A DNA stretch of 64,000 bases from Balanoglossus misakiensis. Lineage: Eukaryota > Animalia > Hemichordata. The stretch is from NCBI GenBank assembly GCA_040954595.2, contig CM082580.2:14212389-14276388 (forward strand). The letters are read 5' to 3'. Each line of letters opens with the position of its first letter. Positions within the stretch are counted from its first letter, which is position 1. The notes under the pieces were generated by a model, which was not told the origin of the DNA, ran no database searches, and was given only the letters and a program-made list of their open reading frames with translations. Made by a program: the position numbers and the translations under genes. This document shows, piece by piece, positions 57,101-64,000 of the stretch.

Positions 57101-60100
57101 GGCGACATATGGCCAAGTAGTCACATGACCCGACCGACGCTCTATCACCCTCGGGCTAAAACTCCTCCCTTAATGGAACCTTGCGACTAAATGATTCTTA
57201 AGGGTCATCTGACAAGAGATCACGTGATTGTGGGTGACATTTATTAGGCTAGAAGGCCCTGCAAATCCACAGGTGAACATACGGCACTATTTCAAGTTGC
57301 AGCTGAAAATTTGGTCTATAATAAAGTTCTCTTCGCAAACATTTGTCAGGTATAAGTGTTTCACTGGGGAGGTGATACCGTGCAATCCAGTTTGAGATCG
57401 AACTTTGCTGCCTCTTTAGGAAGCCCAGGCTCACAGGCGATAGAAACACCATGGCAACCGACACCAAGGCAACCATCTTATGGGCTTTTTATCAAAGGTG
57501 AAAGGACTGGAGTGTACGCGGTTTTTTGGAGTTCACAATTTGCCTCCGTATCATGTCAATCTTTAAAAAGTCAAGAGGTCAAAATCCCACTTGATGATTC
57601 TTGCTGAGCATAGTCCACCATTCACACAAACACCCACCACTTCAAATTCATTCTGACGAGGACAATGACGTCGTTCTGTCTCTCTGGTTTCACAAGTTGA
57701 TCCCGTGATTCTCGCCATCCACTTTTATGTCGTGCAGCAGTCTAAATGTTTGAAATGTTGTGATTTTACTCGCCTACGGCCCTCGCCATTTTGTTGTCCT
57801 TCACAAAATTAACTGTCGGTTTTCTGACTCTAAGTCAATTCCAATATCATGTCAGAGGTTGAGCTGTGCATTGCTTAAAGCATATTCCCTACAAGTGACA
57901 ACTCTCAGTTTCACTAACTTTACCAGTAAACGTATGACGTTTTATTGACTGACAGTTTTGGTGTCATTGTATTCGTGGCAGAATGAAAGAGGTGGCTTAA
58001 CTGAAACTGCCGTATTTTCTTGAACTCCTGATTCAGAAGACACTAGAGCGACTGTAGTGTCACCGGGAAGTCTGTTTCTGCTCACTAAATGCGAAAAAGG
58101 CAGAATTATCAATTTAGGCTTGATTCTCCGACCTTGAAATGGAACCTGTGAGATAGCCACCTGCAGCAATAATAGAACAACATTTATTTTAGCAAGTGAA
58201 AGCAAATTACATGGACGAACAAATTTCTTTGCGTTTTTAACCAGGCGCCGTGCATTTCCGCTTACTAGATAAGTTCAATCGTCATGTGACTGCAAAAAAA
58301 TAATAGATTGGGTGCATTTTCGAGGGGGGCGCCGTTGCCTAAACTACGTAAAACCAAATTTGATGGATTAAATGGAGCTGGCCACGCTTCCTTTTTGCGT
58401 CCGGCCATTGAGAAATTGCATGTGCAACACTTGCACTGAAGGGGAATGATAAATAGCGTATCAGGGTTATCACGTGAGTCGAGTTATCATGACGTATACG
58501 CACTTCAATGGCCTCCTGTGAGACGCGTGCCAGACATGTTAGCGATAGCATGACTCTCGATTTACATAAATACACGAATGTATTTTGTACGAATTTTTAA
58601 AGAAGGTGCCAAGTTGGTAGCGATGAAGAAATGGCAATCTGGTTCCCCGTCCCTTGTTCAGTCATGAGTGCAGCGACGAGGGCGCTATTCTCTACCTTGA
58701 CAGGTCATCGACACAGCTACTGTGCATTTAGGGGCAGAGTGCGCAAAAGTGAACGATATCGTGTGAAAGGGGAAAAAATGATATAAAACGGCGTTACCGG
58801 GGTTTTCAAATTGTCACTTTCGATGTGACATGGGATACTGCGTAGTAGGCGTACATTCACCAAACCATAATTCGACTGACTAGTTACCGTCAGTCAGATT
58901 TCCACTACTGACAAAATAGTTAAACATTATGGTCGACAACGTCAGTCTAGATCATGGGAACTGGGCTGTTTCAATTTTCACGACGCGTCTGGTAATTTGA
59001 ACATTACTAAAAGCACGTTAATTGACGTACTACGCCAATAAAGGTGCATAGCAAGTGCAGACCAGACAAAAGTGGGGTATAATTGATCCTTTCAAGCCGT
59101 TAGCAAATGTAGCGACAGTATGAGCATATGTGATTTGATTGTGATATATGTACGATAAAATTCAATTTTATACCAGAATCTGGGACTTTCCACGAAACCA
59201 CGACAACAGAGACGGAAAGTGTTCGTTTCACGTGTGGCGTATGTCTCGGGGTTGAGACTTGGACATTCGTCGTGATCTCACGGAAACCTTCCACGCCACT
59301 TGAAGAGATCAGACAGGTCTAGATGTTTGACTAATCACCTAATTGTTGTGGTGTATCCATTTCCTACAAAAAGAGGATGGTCAGTTGTCTCTTATCGTCG
59401 CTTTTCTGATCCACGACATCTCTTCTCATCTCCTCACATCTAACGGACATACTTATCACGTCTAACAGACAATGACACTTCAATTTCCCTCCAAAAACGA
59501 CACTGCTCAAGATCGCCCAAGGAGAAGAAAATCATGGCCAGTGTCAAGATTTCCTGCAGGGCAGACGACAATTTCCTCACATGCCTATATCTCAACAGAG
59601 ACACAGAAATTAGTGTCATTGTCTTCATTTTTTGAAGTGCTATCTACATCCGAAACAAATTTCCGTCATAAGAGGATCTTCTTGAATTGGCAGCCAACAG
59701 AGCTGTCAATAATCCTTCTAGACAGCCATCATTTTGATAGACATTCATCCGTATTATTCGCGCTAAGATAAAAAGGATTTTCCCAGAGTGTAAGAACCCT
59801 GGGACAAAATGAACAGTCATCTCTTGATGCTTGCACACAAAGTTTATTTTTAGCAGGACAAAAATTCATCTAAGTTTATAAAAGACATCAAGGAAGTAGA
59901 GATTAATATGTTTGAAGAACTGCACGGAATTCACATGCATAGGAATCGGATAAGACTCGATTTGACAGACAATTTTCTGTGTACAGACAGCCTGCAGTTT
60001 TTTTTTGGTCCATTAAGAATACAAAGTACGAAATTACAAAAATTATGAAATCTACTTCTCAAAATTAGTTTTCTTCAAAAATTGATTTGATTTTAGTGTA

Positions 60101-61528
60101 CTGGCAGCACTAAGCACTGGCTAAACAACATGCTCTCATTGAGATTATGAAAACATGACGTATATAGAATGAAATTTTTAAGTGTCTTTCTATCATCACT
60201 AAAATTATTCTGTTGTAAGCAACTTTTCTAATGAAGAAAGTTGTAACTAAATTGTACTTATGGTAAAAGGAATGGAATTTCTGGAAAAAATATCTGGTTA
60301 AAATCAAGATAGGATTATTTACAAGGCAAGATGACCACAGAATTCATCTGTTTGAAAATTGGTAAAAAAACTTCCAAGTGTTATTTTAGGCTGATTGTGA
60401 TTTACATGTCATTACACCATCAAAGATGGCACAATTCTGGAAAACAAGAAAGTACATTTACCTTCCTGTTTGTAGAGTTTAAAAGTGCGCCCTCATTGAT
60501 GAAAAAATGAGTACATGAAGAAAATGCAACCAAGAGATGTGAGGGAGTCCAAACACACCAATGATGCTAAATACCATTTTCATGACATTTTGCACCAAAG
60601 TCAGTCAAAAGACGTTAAATTCAGTGGTCTAATGGATTCATACTGTCAACAGTTACAGTGCTTACTGGATATTAAATTCAAAACATTAAGTAATTCAGCT
60701 AACATCTGTTAAATGCTGGTTATTAATTTCAGTTGATATAAATTTTTAAAACTTCAGTGTACTGCCTATTTGTGATAAGTACACTAATAAAAAAGAAACT
60801 AGGCATAAAAAAAATCAATTACTTGTACTGCTATCATGAACACTATTATAATATACAATTCTAATTTTTTAATGGAACACTAATTTTTAGGAATAACTGA
60901 GGGTTTTTGGCTGTTAATGTGTTTTCTAAATACAAAAAATCAGAAAAATGCTTCGTATTTTCAAATTCATTTTTTTATCTATCGTTACTAAACTATCCTA
61001 TGGCATCAAAGATTCTACCAAAACAGACCCGCTACAGCATGCATCTCATACAACATTGAAACAGAGATGGACAAAAGTAGATGACCAGCCACCAAGTTAC
61101 ACATCTACACAAGAAAACCCAATCAAAGTCCACTACCAGACATTTCAATGTTGCCACAGATTTTTTTTTTGTATTACAACTCTGAAAACCCATTCCATGA
61201 TCTATGGATAGGCATTTTTAGTTTTTCACCCCCGATTAATATTCTGAATAGACTCAGTATTTCATCAGGGGAGAGTGTTTGTGCCCTCTCTCACAGGGTG
61301 TATGCAATTATATGAATTAGAAATGAGCACATGAAATTGAAAATTTCAAATAAGTTTTCATGCAGAGAGCTGTCGTCCCAATGATTTCCATTGCAGCATT
61401 TGACAGGACTCCTGCTATCCACTATCCAGCCTAGAAATTTTATAACAAAGTTCATTAGAAAGGGGGGGGGGGTGCACAGATCATCAGATCTTTCAAATAA
61501 ACAGATCTGTGCTACAGATAAAAGTCTG

Positions 61529-64000
61529 TCATTCACTCTGATGAATTTCCATGATGTTACTACTTCCTGAACTGGCCTGCACGTTGGCGAGGAGTTCCTC
61601 AGGATTTTGAGGCTGTGGCCACTGCATGAAGTGTCGTTTGACGTGTTTGTCCCACTCTTCCTGAGAATCAAATCTACGATCACAATACTCACAGACGTGC
61701 TGTGGATGAACGTAGTCATTGGTATAATCCAGGGTTGGGTGTTGCAACTCAAGAACTGGCATATCATTATTGGTTGAGGGAAGCTCATACGGTGAGATGA
61801 AATGCTCTAATGGTTGTGGGGAATTTTCAACTGGCAGGACTTGTGATTCCTCACCTGTCTCCACTTCTGAATCAATATCTGGGTGATATTTATTGGTGTG
61901 ATTTTGGAAAGCATGCTTCTTGTTTGTAGAATAACAGCAGTATGGACACTTGAGTGCTTTCACGTTGCTGTGTCGTGCATTGTGACGTTTAATTTCTGAT
62001 GCGTATGCCGACTCGTATCCACACAGGCTACACATATAAGGTTTATCACCTGTATGTATGCGCATGTGTCGCATCAAGTGACTTCTCTGGCCGGTTGTGA
62101 ACTCACATTGCTCGCAATGGTACGGTCTTTCCCCAGTATGGCAGCGCTTGTGTCTGACCAGATTGTTGTAGGTTGCTGTGGAGAAACTGCAGCCATCGAT
62201 GTCACATTTATAAGGTTTCTCGCCTGTATGCTGCCGCATGTGCTGCGTCAGGAGGCTTTTGCGAGTGGTCACGTAGGAACAGAAATCGCACTTGAAGGGA
62301 CGCTGGCCAGAATGCTTCCTCATGTGCACTACGAGGTCAGATTTCTGGACACCGGTAAACTCACAGTAAGGGCACTTGTACTGGGTGCCGTGGTCAGTGT
62401 GAAAGCGGCGCATGTGCTGGTAATAGTTGATGAGTTTCGAGGCTGAGAAACCGCAGAGATTACATTTGAAGGGCATGACTTCAGAATGTTCGTTACGCAA
62501 GTGCTGGGCTAGCACCAGTGGTTGTACAGTCTCGAAGTCACAGTAGTCGCACTTCTTCATTTCGTTGTTGTTTGTCGCATAAGCCGCGTTGTCAAAAGGA
62601 ATGATGTTGTTGTTGTCAGCGGTCAGTGCTTCTCCATTCTCTGCTGGAGTGCATTCAGCATGCATCTTCATGTGGAGAAGGAGGCTGCCTGATTTCTGGA
62701 AACGCGACTCACAGAATTGACACTTGAACAGTGACTCGTCTGTGTGGCAACGGATGTGCCATTCAAAAGTGGCTTTGTTATTTGTGGTGTACTCACAGAG
62801 ACTGCATCGCAAAGGCTCCAGTTTCACATGGAGCCGGAGATGTATATCAAGACTTCGGGCCGTGGAAACTGCATAGTCGCAATAGTGGCACCTGTAAACA
62901 TCATTGGCACCATGTGCGTCGAGGTGGACTTCAAAATCTGGCTTCCAGGATGTGGAGTATGGGCAACCTGGGCAGTTGTAGGGTTTTTCTTTGATGTGTG
63001 TGGAGGCATGCTCTTGGAGTTCTTCACTGCTGTTGGTGACGAAGTGGCACTCCTCGCAGATATAGAGGCTGCCAACGCTGTGCTGGTTCATGTGCACGAC
63101 CAATTGGTTCTTTGTGGTGGTGGTGAATGGACAGAGCGAGCAGTTGAAGCTGTCGGTGTCACTGTGCAGCATCTTCATGTGACGCATCAGATTGCTCTTC
63201 TCAGTGGTTGCGTAACTGCACAGGTTGCACCGCAGCGACTTCTGAGGGGAGTGCAGGTCGCGCATGTGAATCTTCAACAGGATCATGGTCTGGGCAATGA
63301 AGTCGCACTGCGGACACTTGTGAGTCTGCAGATTGAGGGGAACTTCCTGTACAGGTGTTGGTTCGTAGACATCCATGACCTCTTGCTTCACTTCTGGTTG
63401 TTGTTGTTGTGGTTGTTTTTGCTTTTTCCTTTTCTTCCTCTCCATCTTGTATGGGCCTCTCCTCTGTCGAGATTTCTTACTTGCTTGCTCTTTTTTCACA
63501 GCTTCCATTTCTTCTCTGTGATACTTGCGATTGTGTTTGTACAAACCGACCCTACTCTGGTAAACTTTGCAGCACTGGAGACAATTATAGGAACCATGCT
63601 CACCATAATGAACTTTGGCATGAATGGCCAGGTTCCCTTTAATGCTGAATCTAGCGCTGCATTTTGTACATTTAAAAGGCCATTTTTTGGCATCCTTACG
63701 ATGAACTACCATATGTCTGACCACATGCCCCACATTGTTGGATTCATACCCACAGATTTTGCAACGGTGGCGTTTTGTGGTCCCTTGAACAGTAAAATTC
63801 TCTATCAATTGTTCTATACTAGCAGTAGACACTGTTACCTCACCGACATCTTTCACTACTTCTTTTTCTTCAGTTGTGTTTTTTCTATCTTCTCTTACTA
63901 CTAGAGCTTTCTGGGTGATCATTCGTCGACTTCTTGCCACAAGCTTCTTACTAAAAGATGAACCGATGACCTTTTTCTTTGATCTTGTGTTACCAGACGT
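61529..64000 (-). CDS. C2H2 zinc-finger protein, at least 20 fingers, REST/NRSF-like; 5' end lies beyond the window
   Basis: The frame stays open from the window edge to TGA at 61529-61531. I counted 20 C-x2/4-C...H-x3/4-H fingers in arrays of 3+8+8 plus one isolated C-terminal finger. Linkers include HTGEKPY, HTGERPY and HSGQRPF. Confidence 0.9.
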   Translation of the reverse strand, partial: TSGNTRSKKKVIGSSFSKKLVARSRRMITQKALVVREDRKNTTEEKEVVKDVGEVTVSTASIEQLIENFTVQGTTKRHRCKICGYESNNVGHVVRHMVVHRKDAKKWPFKCTKCSARFSIKGNLAIHAKVHYGEHGSYNCLQCCKVYQSRVGLYKHNRKYHREEMEAVKKEQASKKSRQRRGPYKMERKKRKKQKQPQQQQPEVKQEVMDVYEPTPVQEVPLNLQTHKCPQCDFIAQTMILLKIHMRDLHSPQKSLRCNLCSYATTEKSNLMRHMKMLHSDTDSFNCSLCPFTTTTKNQLVVHMNQHSVGSLYICEECHFVTNSSEELQEHASTHIKEKPYNCPGCPYSTSWKPDFEVHLDAHGANDVYRCHYCDYAVSTARSLDIHLRLHVKLEPLRCSLCEYTTNNKATFEWHIRCHTDESLFKCQFCESRFQKSGSLLLHMKMHAECTPAENGEALTADNNNIIPFDNAAYATNNNEMKKCDYCDFETVQPLVLAQHLRNEHSEVMPFKCNLCGFSASKLINYYQHMRRFHTDHGTQYKCPYCEFTGVQKSDLVVHMRKHSGQRPFKCDFCSYVTTRKSLLTQHMRQHTGEKPYKCDIDGCSFSTATYNNLVRHKRCHTGERPYHCEQCEFTTGQRSHLMRHMRIHTGDKPYMCSLCGYESAYASEIKRHNARHSNVKALKCPYCCYSTNKKHAFQNHTNKYHPDIDSEVETGEESQVLPVENSPQPLEHFISPYELPSTNNDMPVLELQHPTLDYTNDYVHPQHVCEYCDRRFDSQEEWDKHVKRHFMQWPQPQNPEELLANVQASSGSSNIMEIHQSE

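Noticed and set aside
59352-59444. Possible second U12-type intron (GTATCCATT ... TCCTCAC)
   Set aside because: Both signals deviate from consensus and there is no supporting flanking ORF.
25600-61500. Canonical RE1/NRSE site (TTCAGCACCnnGGACAGCGCC) near NeuroD
   Set aside because: By eye I found only half-sites (e.g. TCAGCACC at ~41842 and ~48893) and no full site. A PWM scan is still warranted.
62744-63904. 386-aa ORF on the + strand
   Set aside because: Antisense shadow of the zinc-finger CDS, with no recognisable domain.

Overview
Eukaryotic (animal) genomic DNA with spliceosomal introns, probably a non-vertebrate deuterostome such as a hemichordate (inferred from gene content and protein similarity recalled from memory, not from a search). 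From left to right: ~5 kb of repeat-like noncoding DNA; LSM12 (+, 5 coding exons, first intron U12-type); an uncharacterised ~20-exon gene (-) encoding a UBA / coiled-coil / UBX / SHP-like / BC-box-like / LRR protein; RacGAP1 (+), head-to-head with it and carrying two alternative paralogous last exons; CSTPP1/C11orf49 (-); a ~27 kb CpG-rich gene desert; single-coding-exon NeuroD (+); and a C2H2 zinc-finger gene (-) with at least 20 fingers and REST/NRSF-like features that runs off the window end. The best novelty candidates are the p97-adaptor/Cullin-receptor-like fusion protein, the expanded REST-like gene next to NeuroD, and the duplicated RacGAP1 C-termini with a PSAP motif. Gene models were spliced by hand from GT-AG signals and reading phase. 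Most short ORFs in the supplied track are spurious or exon fragments.
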